Positions 8,705-18,120 of a DNA stretch of 64,000 nt are shown here, piece after piece. The notes beneath the pieces were generated by a model, which worked only from the letters and a program-made list of their open reading frames with translations, had not been told where the DNA came from and did no database searches. This DNA is from Escherichia phage UE-S1, in sequence record ON568341.1. One strand, written 5' to 3'. How positions within the stretch are numbered: position 1 is the first letter of the stretch; each line of letters opens with the position of its first letter. The position numbers and the translations under genes were made by a program.

Positions 8705-9880
8705 TCAAATTGTCGGAAGTGGGAATTCTTTCATCACCGATGAACTGTTTGCTGCAATATTATCAGGAGATTTACCAGCGTAGTATAATTTATTATTAAT
8801 AAACATATATAGCGTTGCATCGTTCCCTGCTACAAGAGAATTACTTTTCTTAAAAATAACCCCTGGGGGTAAAATAGCTTCAACAAATGAACCTGATTCT
8901 CGTGTTGAATTGTTTGCCAATTGACCATTATTATTATAACCAGTACTATAAATTTTACCTGAACTATAATACACAAGACCACGTGTACTAATGTTTTCTA
9001 TACGAATGAATTCACTATCGTCCGGTACTGTAGTTGATAGAACTGGGTATAACTTATAAGCTGATGTTACATTATTATTACCCAATTGACCATAACCTTG
9101 AAAGCCTAGTGCATACATAGGACATGATTCTGGTGTACCTTTTGTTATAATACCAATATAATTCGAACTACAAAAAATATCCACTGCTTCTACAACATTT
9201 GTACCCTTATATTGAACCCAAGGAAATACATATGATTGTTGTTTGCCATTACCCAAAACACCGGAAGTTGTTGTACCTGTACGCCACATTGTATCATCAA
9301 GTTTAATAATCCAGTTAGCAGTTGTTATAGTTGAACAGAATTTTTTAACATTATCAACCAAGTATGTAAATTTATTATAATATGATGCAGTGTTTATTCC
9401 AAATTTAGCACCAGTATTGTCACCTAACAAATATAAACTATTATCTGTACCTAAAATCAAAACATAATCATGACCCACGTATATCTTTTTGATTTTTGAA
9501 ATACCAAATTGTGTAAAATAGCTGGTACATTCAGTGAATATTGTTACATGATTTGATGTATTATTACCTAGCCATTTATCTAAACCACTATAAAAGAACC
9601 TATCATCATTTGTGCGTATTAGACAAAAAGAATTATTTGTACTGCACCAGAAATCTTTGACATTACTATATATTTTTGTCCATTCAGTTACTTGATTAGT
9701 ATGACCTAAACCAAAAATTCCACCATTTTGTAGTCCCATAGCCCATATTGAACCATTTTTATCAAGAAGCATTGTGCATGTAAATGAATACCCACACGCT
9801 GGAGTAACTAATTTAACAAAATTGGGAATATATGGTAAAACTTTATTCCCATAATTCACCATTCTTCCAAAAGGTAACAT
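8705..9880 (-). CDS. RCC1-like beta-propeller protein with MLPFGRM tag (paralog 8)
   Basis: N-term MLPFGRMVNYGNK; STGYNNNGQLANN, LGFQGYGQLGNNN repeats. Confidence 0.7.
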   Translation of the reverse strand: MLPFGRMVNYGNKVLPYIPNFVKLVTPACGYSFTCTMLLDKNGSIWAMGLQNGGIFGLGHTNQVTEWTKIYSNVKDFWCSTNNSFCLIRTNDDRFFYSGLDKWLGNNTSNHVTIFTECTSYFTQFGISKIKKIYVGHDYVLILGTDNSLYLLGDNTGAKFGINTASYYNKFTYLVDNVKKFCSTITTANWIIKLDDTMWRTGTTTSGVLGNGKQQSYVFPWVQYKGTNVVEAVDIFCSSNYIGIITKGTPESCPMYALGFQGYGQLGNNNVTSAYKLYPVLSTTVPDDSEFIRIENISTRGLVYYSSGKIYSTGYNNNGQLANNSTRESGSFVEAILPPGVIFKKSNSLVAGNDATLYMFINNKLYYAGKSPDNIAANSSSVMKEFPLPTI

Positions 9881-9953
9881 ATTCTCTCCTTATTCATTAT
9901 AATATATATTTAATACAAATAATAATGCCAGTACTCAAATACTGGCATTATTA
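9881..9953 (-). promoter_or_regulatory. intergenic cassette: terminator hairpin + promoter + SD
   Basis: GCCAGTATTTGAGTACTGGC hairpin; GTATTAAATATATATTATAATGAATAAGGAG. Confidence 0.5.
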
Positions 9954-11144
9954 TTACAATTGTCTAGGTGTATCCAGAACATATCTATTTGTGCTAGGAC
10001 CGCCATCATCATAAGTTCCGGTTGAATATATATTTTTCATATCAGCAGTTAGAAATGTACGATACGAACCTCTATATATTTTTATTTTATCATACATATT
10101 ATATGTAATTTGTGCTGGCATTGGACATATAGTAAATCTTCCAATAGTCCCCACTGAACCTACCCCCAATGAGCCAGCATAACTACTCGCATTTAAACCA
10201 GTTGCATATACACCAGAACTCGTAACTAGTATACTAGATTGTGATGGGTATCCAGTATGAATTGAATACAAAGTTCCAGGTGGTAATGTCGTACTATTTC
10301 TCCCTAATACAGCAAGTGCCGAACTGGATGTGGTATTATTACCCCATGCACCATTACTTGCTAAACCACCAACTAGGAACTGACGTACACCCGTACTTGG
10401 ATTTTCCACCAAAGCACTGACTGAACCCATTGAGCATCCAGTGTATTGTAACGTTTTTGTGTATGTTGTACTTGGCTGATATAAAGTATATTCATTATAT
10501 AAAGTCCATGTAGTACTGGAACTTATACCGGATGTACCACCACCAATATATAAATTATTTTGTTTATCAAACAACATTACACAGTTATTTGTTGACATTA
10601 TTTGTGCAATATCAACATTAGGTGTTACTGCTTTTACAAATGAACCATCTGTTATTTGTTGAGTTTTTCCAGTACCATCAGCGAATTGTCTAGCCCCACT
10701 CCAACCAGTACTCCATATTGTATTATTATCCATTAAGAAAGTAAACCACGTAGTACCTGCATACATCTGTTTAATTGAAGTACTTGAACTTTGTTTGTAC
10801 AAATTTTCAATATATTGGTTATAACTTAAAAATGATGTAGTACTGGTTGGTAAACCAATATGACTACCAAATCCACAATAGAAATAATTTAAGTCATTAT
10901 CTTGAACTAACAAAGTTCCTTGTGTGATCCAGCAATCATTAACGTTTTCTCTAATTAATGTCCATGTTCTTAATGCAGTGTTGTTTCCTCTCCCAAACTG
11001 CCCAAAACTATTATTACCTCGTGCATATAGTTGACCATCAGTATAAAGTACAACAACATCAGTATCGGTTGTTAGTATTTTCTTAATTTGAAGTGGGATA
11101 GGTACAATATTCCCGTACTTAACCATTCTTGCAAAAGGTAACAT
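9954..11144 (-). CDS. RCC1-like beta-propeller protein with MLPFGRM tag (paralog 7)
   Basis: N-term MLPFARMVKYGNI; ARGNNSFGQFGRGNNT repeat. Confidence 0.7.
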   Translation of the reverse strand: MLPFARMVKYGNIVPIPLQIKKILTTDTDVVVLYTDGQLYARGNNSFGQFGRGNNTALRTWTLIRENVNDCWITQGTLLVQDNDLNYFYCGFGSHIGLPTSTTSFLSYNQYIENLYKQSSSTSIKQMYAGTTWFTFLMDNNTIWSTGWSGARQFADGTGKTQQITDGSFVKAVTPNVDIAQIMSTNNCVMLFDKQNNLYIGGGTSGISSSTTWTLYNEYTLYQPSTTYTKTLQYTGCSMGSVSALVENPSTGVRQFLVGGLASNGAWGNNTTSSSALAVLGRNSTTLPPGTLYSIHTGYPSQSSILVTSSGVYATGLNASSYAGSLGVGSVGTIGRFTICPMPAQITYNMYDKIKIYRGSYRTFLTADMKNIYSTGTYDDGGPSTNRYVLDTPRQL

Positions 11145-11215
11145 ATTTTCCTCCTTTATTCATTATACTATATTTAATCAAAAAGAAAAGCCAGTATCAA
11201 GTACTGGCCTATATT
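11145..11215 (-). promoter_or_regulatory. intergenic cassette: terminator hairpin + promoter + SD
   Basis: GCCAGTACTTGATACTGGC hairpin; GATTAAATATAGTATAATGAATAAAGGAGG. Confidence 0.5.
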
Positions 11216-11953
11216 TTAGACTGAATTGTTAGGATAATATCTCCCCCTTCCCCATATTATTCGCACAGCACCACCACCAGCAGCCGTATAAGAAGAATTA
11301 TCCCATATACTACCACCACCACCATACCTCTTACCAGCACCACCACTACCAGCACCACCATTATATGAACCACCGTAGCTACCACCAATACCATTAGCAC
11401 CTTGAACAATGATACCAGTACCACCACCCGTACCAATGAACGAGGTACTATAGAATGTACCACCCCCACCGCCGCCACCAGCACCATTTTCACCAGTGAT
11501 TGCATCTCCGTTACCACCTTTACCAGTGTAGCCACCAGCACCACCACCAATGACTGCACCACCACTTACACCAGTGTTGCCACCATTACCACCACCATCA
11601 TTAATAGCGTTAGCAGCTTTTCCACCTAGTCCACCAACCGTATATGCACCAGTGAAGCTAACACATAGTTTTTCAGTTCCACGATATAAACCGTTTTCAA
11701 CTGCTGTAGTAGTGTTGGGATGTGTAAGAGAAACACTTAAGTACTCACCACCAGAAACCGGAATATTATTACGCCACGATAAGCCGCCACCAGCACCACG
11801 TTGACCACCCGGCGAAATAACACATACTGATATTTCGGTAACGCCAGCAGGAACTGTAAATTGTGTTGTTCCTATTGTCGTGATTAATTGTTCACCATGT
11901 GGCTTATATTCAATTTTATTCCCGAACTTAACCATTCTTCCAAAAGGTAACAT
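11216..11953 (-). CDS. glycine-rich protein with MLPFGRM tag (paralog 6, non-propeller)
   Basis: N-term MLPFGRMVKFGNK; long GGxGG runs (..GGGNGGNTGVSGG..GAGGGGGGG..). Confidence 0.65.
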   Translation of the reverse strand: MLPFGRMVKFGNKIEYKPHGEQLITTIGTTQFTVPAGVTEISVCVISPGGQRGAGGGLSWRNNIPVSGGEYLSVSLTHPNTTTAVENGLYRGTEKLCVSFTGAYTVGGLGGKAANAINDGGGNGGNTGVSGGAVIGGGAGGYTGKGGNGDAITGENGAGGGGGGGTFYSTSFIGTGGGTGIIVQGANGIGGSYGGSYNGGAGSGGAGKRYGGGGSIWDNSSYTAAGGGAVRIIWGRGRYYPNNSV

Positions 11954-12024
11954 AATTCCCTCCTTTATTTGTTATACTATATTTAATACAAAAAGAAAAG
12001 CCAGTACTCAGTACTGGCATAATG
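11954..12024 (-). promoter_or_regulatory. intergenic cassette: terminator hairpin + promoter + SD
   Basis: GCCAGTACTGAGTACTGGC hairpin; GTATTAAATATAGTATAACAAATAAAGGAGGG. Confidence 0.5.
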
Positions 12025-13167
12025 TCAATAAGTATCCCAAGGTAATGGTGTCTTCCTAAATCCATACCTGGTTGTGCTCGCACCATCACCAGCAATGTAT
12101 CTACCTATACCACATTGGTATAACTCTGTACTACTACATATAGCACCACCTATAGTACCACTACTCCACTGAATTATATTAGAATATGTTATTGGTAAAT
12201 CACTACATTTAGTATATACAGCAACGGTAGAAGCACCACTAATACCACCAAACATACTTCGCTTAGCACCAGTGTAATATATACCATCTGGACTCATAAA
12301 TGCAGAGGTGTAAGTTGTACTGCAATCCACTGGACTTCTTATTGTATTAAGATCGCCTGGATATGTTCTGACACCAAAGGTGTATACATTACCATCAGTT
12401 GTAATACCATTACCTAACTGCCCACTGTTTTGTCCACCACATGTAAGCAACGATGCAGAACCAGAAACAATTGCAGTAGCATTATACGAAGTGCCCATTG
12501 CAATAGAAGCACCAGACAATAGTTTTGGAGTAACAATAGCTGTTGTATTACCCTGGCCTAATTCACCATTTGTGTTTCGTCCCCATGCGTATATGGAAGT
12601 AGTATCCAACCTACATAGTACTGAACCATAACTAAACGTATATCGCATGTCAATTACCGCAGAAGGCAAATTAACCTTAGTTGCAACACTAATAACACCA
12701 CCAGTAACACCACTGTTTGCGTTCATGTTACGACCATATGCATATAAAGAACCATCTGAAGTTTTAATATGCATCATACCATCTGTACAATATAATGCAT
12801 CTATACTCTCCACCGCAACCGGACCCATACTGGTAGTTATATCGGTCCACCCAAGAGTAGTAGTACTAGAAATTAAGTTATTTCCTGCGTATAGTATTCT
12901 ATTATTATTAGTAACTACAACTGTATATCTGGCAGTAACACCAATTAATCGAACATCAGTATATATCTTAGACCACGCACCTAATGAATTGGTGTTTGCA
13001 TCCAAAAAGCCCAACTGCCCATCTGTATTGTATCCAATGCCCCATACATCACCTGCACTGTCCAATAACACTTCATGTGAAAATCCAATCTTAAAATCTT
13101 TTATTGTAGGAACTACCGGATCTGGTGCAATATTCCCGTACTTAACCATTCTAGTAAAAGGTAACAT
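12025..13167 (-). CDS. RCC1-like beta-propeller protein with MLPFGRM tag (paralog 5)
   Basis: N-term MLPFTRMVKYGNI; WGIGYNTDGQLGF, WGRNTNGELGQGN, CGGQNSGQLGNG repeats. Confidence 0.7.
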   Translation of the reverse strand: MLPFTRMVKYGNIAPDPVVPTIKDFKIGFSHEVLLDSAGDVWGIGYNTDGQLGFLDANTNSLGAWSKIYTDVRLIGVTARYTVVVTNNNRILYAGNNLISSTTTLGWTDITTSMGPVAVESIDALYCTDGMMHIKTSDGSLYAYGRNMNANSGVTGGVISVATKVNLPSAVIDMRYTFSYGSVLCRLDTTSIYAWGRNTNGELGQGNTTAIVTPKLLSGASIAMGTSYNATAIVSGSASLLTCGGQNSGQLGNGITTDGNVYTFGVRTYPGDLNTIRSPVDCSTTYTSAFMSPDGIYYTGAKRSMFGGISGASTVAVYTKCSDLPITYSNIIQWSSGTIGGAICSSTELYQCGIGRYIAGDGASTTRYGFRKTPLPWDTY

Positions 13168-13240
13168 AATTCCCTCCCTTATTCATTATAATATATTTAA
13201 TACAAAAAAGAAAAGCCAGTACTTGAGTACTGGCATTATG
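13168..13240 (-). promoter_or_regulatory. intergenic cassette: terminator hairpin + promoter + SD
   Basis: GCCAGTACTTGAGTACTGGC(13215-13234); GTATTAAATATATTATAATGAATAAGGGAGG. Confidence 0.5.
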
Positions 13241-14350
13241 TTATTTTGGTAAATCAATTTTAGTAAAGACTGCAACATCCTCGCTTGCCCCAGGAATGGC
13301 GTAATACGATCCAGTACTATATACATCTCCGTCTTTGGTTAATATTGATGTTAAACCATCACTAAAAAGAACATCCCTAATCTCACTAACTTCAACGGGT
13401 AATTGTAAATTAGTAGCACTATATATTGCACCAGTTTGAGAATTGTTTAATCCCAAACCACGGTTCGCCCCAACACCCTTCTGATATGTACTAGTAATTA
13501 TCATTTGTGTAGCAGTATTTAAGGCAGGTGAATTCGTCATAAACAACGGAGAACTATTAGGCAAAGTACTTGCAGGAACTGCACGAAATGAAGTTGTATC
13601 TGAACTAAGAAAGTTTGGCGTTTGACCACATACGAAATATGATGTACCATTATAGTAATTAAATGCATTACCACCAATGACTGCATCGATTACACCAGAG
13701 CTACGTAATCCCCACGTGTTAATTTGTGTTCGGTTCCCCGTGCCATGCTGACCCCTGTCATTCCACCCAGAACTATATAACTTATTATCTAATGTAATAT
13801 ACATACTGTCATTTGCATTCGTCATTACTTTACGCACATTAGTAGCACATTGAGTTAATGTGTAAATTGATGATGAACCAATACCTAAAGCACCACGATA
13901 TCCATTAGCTCCTGCACCATAGAGTACTGAACTAGTGCTAAGTACAAATATTAAACCATACGAACATACAATATTAGCAATTTCACTCACTGGTATAGCA
14001 CTGGTAAACCAATTAGTTCTTTCAACTAATACTGTGCTGTAAGAAGTAGTTGTAGACGATGTGAACCAATATGTTTCCCCTGATGTCCATATAGTATTAT
14101 CATTTTTAATAATAACAAGTGCACGATCACCTACGAAAAAATTAGAAACATCTGCACTTACTAATATCCATGAAGATACCGTGTTTTTATTACCATTTCC
14201 AGATTCACCACCTTGATTTCTACCTATGTAATATAAATCATGTGAATCAGTTAATAAGAATTGACCCTGTGTAGATGCACCAACTTTAATTATATTTTTA
14301 GGACCAGGTACAATATTCCCATAATCAAACATTCTTACAAAAGGTAACAT
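13241..14350 (-). CDS. RCC1-like beta-propeller protein with MLPFGRM tag (paralog 4)
   Basis: Start set at conserved MLPFVRMFDYGNI (track ORF extends 5 codons upstream); SSGWNDRGQHGTGN repeat. Confidence 0.65.
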   Translation of the reverse strand: MLPFVRMFDYGNIVPGPKNIIKVGASTQGQFLLTDSHDLYYIGRNQGGESGNGNKNTVSSWILVSADVSNFFVGDRALVIIKNDNTIWTSGETYWFTSSTTTSYSTVLVERTNWFTSAIPVSEIANIVCSYGLIFVLSTSSVLYGAGANGYRGALGIGSSSIYTLTQCATNVRKVMTNANDSMYITLDNKLYSSGWNDRGQHGTGNRTQINTWGLRSSGVIDAVIGGNAFNYYNGTSYFVCGQTPNFLSSDTTSFRAVPASTLPNSSPLFMTNSPALNTATQMIITSTYQKGVGANRGLGLNNSQTGAIYSATNLQLPVEVSEIRDVLFSDGLTSILTKDGDVYSTGSYYAIPGASEDVAVFTKIDLPK

Positions 14351-14425
14351 AACTAAAATCTCCATATAATAATTATAATGTATTTACAAAAAAATACCAG
14401 CACATATTTCAGTACTGGTATAATG
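14351..14425 (-). promoter_or_regulatory. intergenic cassette: terminator hairpin + promoter + SD
   Basis: CCAGTACTGAAATATGTGCTGG hairpin; TGTAAATACATTATAAT...GGAG. Confidence 0.45.
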
Positions 14426-15607
14426 TTATGGTAAAATAATAGCTTGTAACGAACTCATACCCAATGTTGGAACACTCGCCTGTGGTGCTGGAGAATTCAA
14501 TTTTGGTGATGAAACCGCATATGACATTCCTGAACCCAAATCTGGATCAAAAACTACAGCACAATAATTCCCACTATATATAAGTCCATTCTTGTATCCT
14601 TGTGCACTTTGAATGCATTTCGTGAACGTACCAATATCTGTAGTGGCATTTATTAAGTTCCTCCCACGATAACCGCAGGTGTATATGAAATTATCATCGC
14701 CTATGTACATACTAGAATCCCCAGAAGAACTACATAGATACGACATATAAGCACGCATGTTTTTAGGAGCAACTGACAATGTACCTGCATAGAATTTATT
14801 ATTCGAACCCGTAATATTACCATCACCCAATGCACCAAAACTTCCCCAGCCAGTACCGTAATATCTCTTATCACTCAAAAATATAATACAGTTGTTATTA
14901 CACATCTTGATTTGATATATCAATGAAGGATCAATCCCAGGGAATGATTCAGTGAATGTTAGAACAGCCGGATCAGTACTAGCATTACATTGATGATATG
15001 TATTAGTACCAGCGGACAAGATTGTTCCATTAGCTAACAGAATTCTCGCAGTACCAGTACCAGCAGTACAAGCAACTGCACTTCCTGCACTTCCGGTGTA
15101 TATTTGTCTGAAAGTAAAGAAACCAACAGTTTTACTTCCCTGCCCACTCCAACCAGTATTATCAACTCCACACGCCCATACTGAACCATCTTGCATGATC
15201 ATCATTACACCAAAGCGTTCTATTGAAATATAAACAATCTTCGTTGTATCAACTGCACTAAATCTAGAAGTTATATCAGTCCATACCTTAACACTTACCG
15301 CCGTCGCACTGGAAGTAGGATCTTCACCAGCTATCATTATCCTCCCATTGTTAGTAAGATACATTGTCTGACTATAACCAGTACTACAAAACTTAACACT
15401 ATCAGTCTCTGGAACTTTTAACCACTCGTTGTAACGTGTTACGTTAGTGTTATTACCTAACTGATAATAGTTATTCATCCCAGATACATATAACACACCA
15501 TCCTTTATTAAACTATAAGTCGCACTATAGTCACTACAGGTATAACGTGTACCCACAGGTGGCTCAACGACGTTCCCGTACTTAACCATTCTCCCAAAAG
15601 GTAACAT
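14426..15607 (-). CDS. RCC1-like beta-propeller protein with MLPFGRM tag (paralog 3)
   Basis: N-term MLPFGRMVKYGNV; TGWGSFGALGDGN, MNNYYQLGNN repeats. Confidence 0.7.
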   Translation of the reverse strand: MLPFGRMVKYGNVVEPPVGTRYTCSDYSATYSLIKDGVLYVSGMNNYYQLGNNTNVTRYNEWLKVPETDSVKFCSTGYSQTMYLTNNGRIMIAGEDPTSSATAVSVKVWTDITSRFSAVDTTKIVYISIERFGVMMIMQDGSVWACGVDNTGWSGQGSKTVGFFTFRQIYTGSAGSAVACTAGTGTARILLANGTILSAGTNTYHQCNASTDPAVLTFTESFPGIDPSLIYQIKMCNNNCIIFLSDKRYYGTGWGSFGALGDGNITGSNNKFYAGTLSVAPKNMRAYMSYLCSSSGDSSMYIGDDNFIYTCGYRGRNLINATTDIGTFTKCIQSAQGYKNGLIYSGNYCAVVFDPDLGSGMSYAVSSPKLNSPAPQASVPTLGMSSLQAIILP

Positions 15608-15680
15608 AATAAAATCTCCGTAATTAAATTATATAGTATTTACAAAAAATACCAGTACATATTTCAGTACTGACCTATTA
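15608..15680 (-). promoter_or_regulatory. intergenic cassette: terminator hairpin + promoter + SD
   Basis: CAGTACTGAAATATGTACTGG hairpin; TGTAAATACTATATAAT...GGAG. Confidence 0.45.
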
Positions 15681-16802
15681 TTAAAAGGGCAACGGTAACT
15701 CAGTAAAAGTACTTACGTCCGGTAAACCATACATTAAATTAGCATCACCACAGTAATACCACTTCGTAGAATCATGTACCACCGATAAACGCTGTGCACA
15801 TAACACTTCCTGTATGTCATTAAACACCATCGGGACTAACTCATATGTATCTGCAAATGAAGATTCACTACCACTCGCATGAAAAGTATTTGTCCCAGCA
15901 TAAAATAACTGATTAGTGTTCTTACCCACAGCAAATGTTATCAAAACCCCATCATTCTCCCATAAAGAAGAAAACTTATCAACACTACCAGAAAGCTCTG
16001 TGTAAGTACTCGTAATGGCACTCGCCGCCGCCGCATTACCCATCTGTTTATTCAAGTTCTGTCCAGCAATAAAATATCTCGTTCGTGCACTAGAATCAGT
16101 ATATAATAACCCAGTGTTCGTAGTCATCATTCCAATGTCCTTAATCGTCATATCAGTCTGTGAATAACTTAGATACGAAGTTAAATTAACATTATTACCC
16201 AACGAACCGTTAGAACTCATGCCACAACGATGTAATATACCACTTGTATCAACGTAGATAGTACTAACTAAACTCGTATACAACTCTTGTACATTATTCG
16301 CAATAAACACAGCAGTCGCCTTATTACTAACCCCACCAAATGATAGGTTATTATCAAATCCCTTAGCGTATAATTGATTATTAGTAGTCAATAATCCAAT
16401 CGTGTAATAAGACATTTTCATATCCCTTACTGTACTCAAATCTACTGCCCCAAATTGATACGTAACATCTGTCCATTTGAAAATCTGTGCACTACCAACA
16501 CCACCCGTTTCAAACCATTTGTCACCACAGTACAATATGCGATTATCCTTAGTAAAGATAACTGTTAACAATCCACTACCACACGCAAACTTTACATCAC
16601 TTCTAACCTTCGTCCAATCAAGTACATAGGTAGTGGTGTTATTACCTATACCTAACTTGCCATAACGGTTATAACCACGCACCCATAAATCACCACTCTT
16701 AGTAATTAATAGTAATGCGTCTCCTGTACTTATTATTCGAAATCCCGAACTAGGATCAGGGGCAATATTCCCGTACTTAACCATTCTCCCAAAAGGTAAC
16801 AT
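15681..16802 (-). CDS. RCC1-like beta-propeller protein with MLPFGRM tag (paralog 2)
   Basis: N-term MLPFGRMVKYGNI; YNRYGKLGIGNNT, MSSNGSLGNN repeats. Confidence 0.7.
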   Translation of the reverse strand: MLPFGRMVKYGNIAPDPSSGFRIISTGDALLLITKSGDLWVRGYNRYGKLGIGNNTTTYVLDWTKVRSDVKFACGSGLLTVIFTKDNRILYCGDKWFETGGVGSAQIFKWTDVTYQFGAVDLSTVRDMKMSYYTIGLLTTNNQLYAKGFDNNLSFGGVSNKATAVFIANNVQELYTSLVSTIYVDTSGILHRCGMSSNGSLGNNVNLTSYLSYSQTDMTIKDIGMMTTNTGLLYTDSSARTRYFIAGQNLNKQMGNAAAASAITSTYTELSGSVDKFSSLWENDGVLITFAVGKNTNQLFYAGTNTFHASGSESSFADTYELVPMVFNDIQEVLCAQRLSVVHDSTKWYYCGDANLMYGLPDVSTFTELPLPF

Positions 16803-16875
16803 ATTTTCCTCCTTTATTCATTATACTATATTTAATACAAAAAGAAATGCCAGTATCAAGTACTGGCATATTAAT
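16803..16875 (-). promoter_or_regulatory. intergenic cassette: terminator hairpin + promoter + SD
   Basis: GCCAGTACTTGATACTGGC hairpin; GTATTAAATATAGTATAATGAATAAAGGAGG. Confidence 0.5.
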
Positions 16876-18024
16876 TCATTGTATAAATGACATATCTACT
16901 TCTGTATAATTAAGAACGTTCTGTCCAGAAATACCACCCATTACTACTATTGCAAGGCCACAATAATATAATTTTCCAGTATCCGTAAGTATAAGTGATC
17001 CAGATGGACTGCGTACCAAATCACACGAACTATTAAAAGAAGTATAAGAAGGAGTATAGGAGTACTGATTATTATTATTACCAACACCTAATTGCCCAAA
17101 CCCATTCGATCCAGAAGCATATAGAACTTCATCTGCTTTGACAATATGTGATGCCATGTTACCAACACAAGTATATAGAGTATAAACTCCTGAACTCAAT
17201 AATGTCGGAGTTTTATATTGTATATCTGTAGATGTAGAAGTACCACCTGTACCAAATTCGTTCCCATATTGTGCACCGAACTGTTTGCCACAAGCGTACA
17301 AATTATTATCCGATTTGATAAAAAATGTACTCTGATAACTTACATTAAAATCTATAACATCCGAAGAAATCATCGTCACCCCAGTAATAGAAGTTTGATT
17401 ACCCGTGCCCAACTGGTAGTAATAGTTAAAACCACAACCCCATAAAGTATTATCTTCTCGCAAATAAATGTTACCAACTGCCTTTTTAACCGAAGTTATA
17501 GTATCTACTCTTTTGAATGTGTTAAAAGAATTAATGTTTGTACCATCACCAAATGATGATATGTTCGATATATTGTTAACTCCACAACAATACAATGTAC
17601 CATCTTTTGTTATCAAATTCACCTTCATATCATAAAAACTACTCATGTATTTTATATCAGAAACATTAACACCACTTGATGTTATCCACGTAGTACAGTC
17701 CGTCCACAAAGTTTTTCTATCAGTTACACCAGTGAATGCCTTCGTGTTACCAGTGATAAAAACTTTTCCAGTACCTTTCTCTTCATACAATTGACAATCA
17801 CTACTGTTATCTTCCAATAGAACTCGTTTAACATTCTCCGCACAAAGAATAAATTTACTCGATGCTACACCTGTACCAGTACCCCAATTCGTCGCAGAAG
17901 ATGCATACAACTTATCAGTATAAGTATCATGAAGATACATAGAATCACTGGAATATATTTTAAAACGCCCTTCTTTCTCAGGTATAATATTCCCGTACTT
18001 AACCATTCTCCCAAAAGGTAACAT
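16876..18024 (-). CDS. RCC1-like beta-propeller protein with MLPFGRM tag (paralog 1)
   Basis: N-term MLPFGRMVKYGNI; GSNGFGQLGVGNNN, FNYYYQLGTGNQT repeats. Confidence 0.7.
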   Translation of the reverse strand: MLPFGRMVKYGNIIPEKEGRFKIYSSDSMYLHDTYTDKLYASSATNWGTGTGVASSKFILCAENVKRVLLEDNSSDCQLYEEKGTGKVFITGNTKAFTGVTDRKTLWTDCTTWITSSGVNVSDIKYMSSFYDMKVNLITKDGTLYCCGVNNISNISSFGDGTNINSFNTFKRVDTITSVKKAVGNIYLREDNTLWGCGFNYYYQLGTGNQTSITGVTMISSDVIDFNVSYQSTFFIKSDNNLYACGKQFGAQYGNEFGTGGTSTSTDIQYKTPTLLSSGVYTLYTCVGNMASHIVKADEVLYASGSNGFGQLGVGNNNNQYSYTPSYTSFNSSCDLVRSPSGSLILTDTGKLYYCGLAIVVMGGISGQNVLNYTEVDMSFIQ

Positions 18025-18060
18025 ATTCCCTCCTTATTCATTATATCATATTTACCCAAA
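18025..18060 (-). promoter_or_regulatory. promoter + SD of first array gene
   Basis: minus strand GGTAAATATGATATAATGAATAAGGAGGG-ATG. Confidence 0.45.
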
Positions 18061-18065
18061 AAACA

Positions 18066-18094
18066 CTTGACACCCTTTCAGTACTGTTGTACAA
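18066..18094 (+). promoter_or_regulatory. sigma70-like promoter (divergent from array)
   Basis: TTGACA(18066-18071), 17 nt spacer, TACAAT(18089-18094). Confidence 0.5.
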
Positions 18095-18120
18095 TAGAAG
18101 GAATATTAGGAGAACTACAT

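Noticed and set aside
11257-11804. ORFs 11257..11565(-), 11402..11629(+), 11550..11804(+) overlapping the glycine-rich gene
   Set aside because: Low-complexity frames (Val- or Thr-rich) generated by the GGN/ACC-rich sequence of the real minus-strand gene 11216..11953; no start context.
12380-13252. Plus-strand ORFs 12380..12631 and 12647..13252 antisense to the propeller gene
   Set aside because: Fully embedded antisense to gene 12025..13167, which has the conserved tag, SD and cassette flanks; no SD of their own.
7481-18024. T4-type internal proteins with the MKTYQEFIAE-like capsid-targeting sequence
   Set aside because: The conserved N-terminus here (MLPFGRMVKYGNI) lacks the Glu-containing cleavage context I associate with the T4 prohead protease, and the proteins are much larger than T4 IPI-III. 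The analogy is kept only as a hypothesis.
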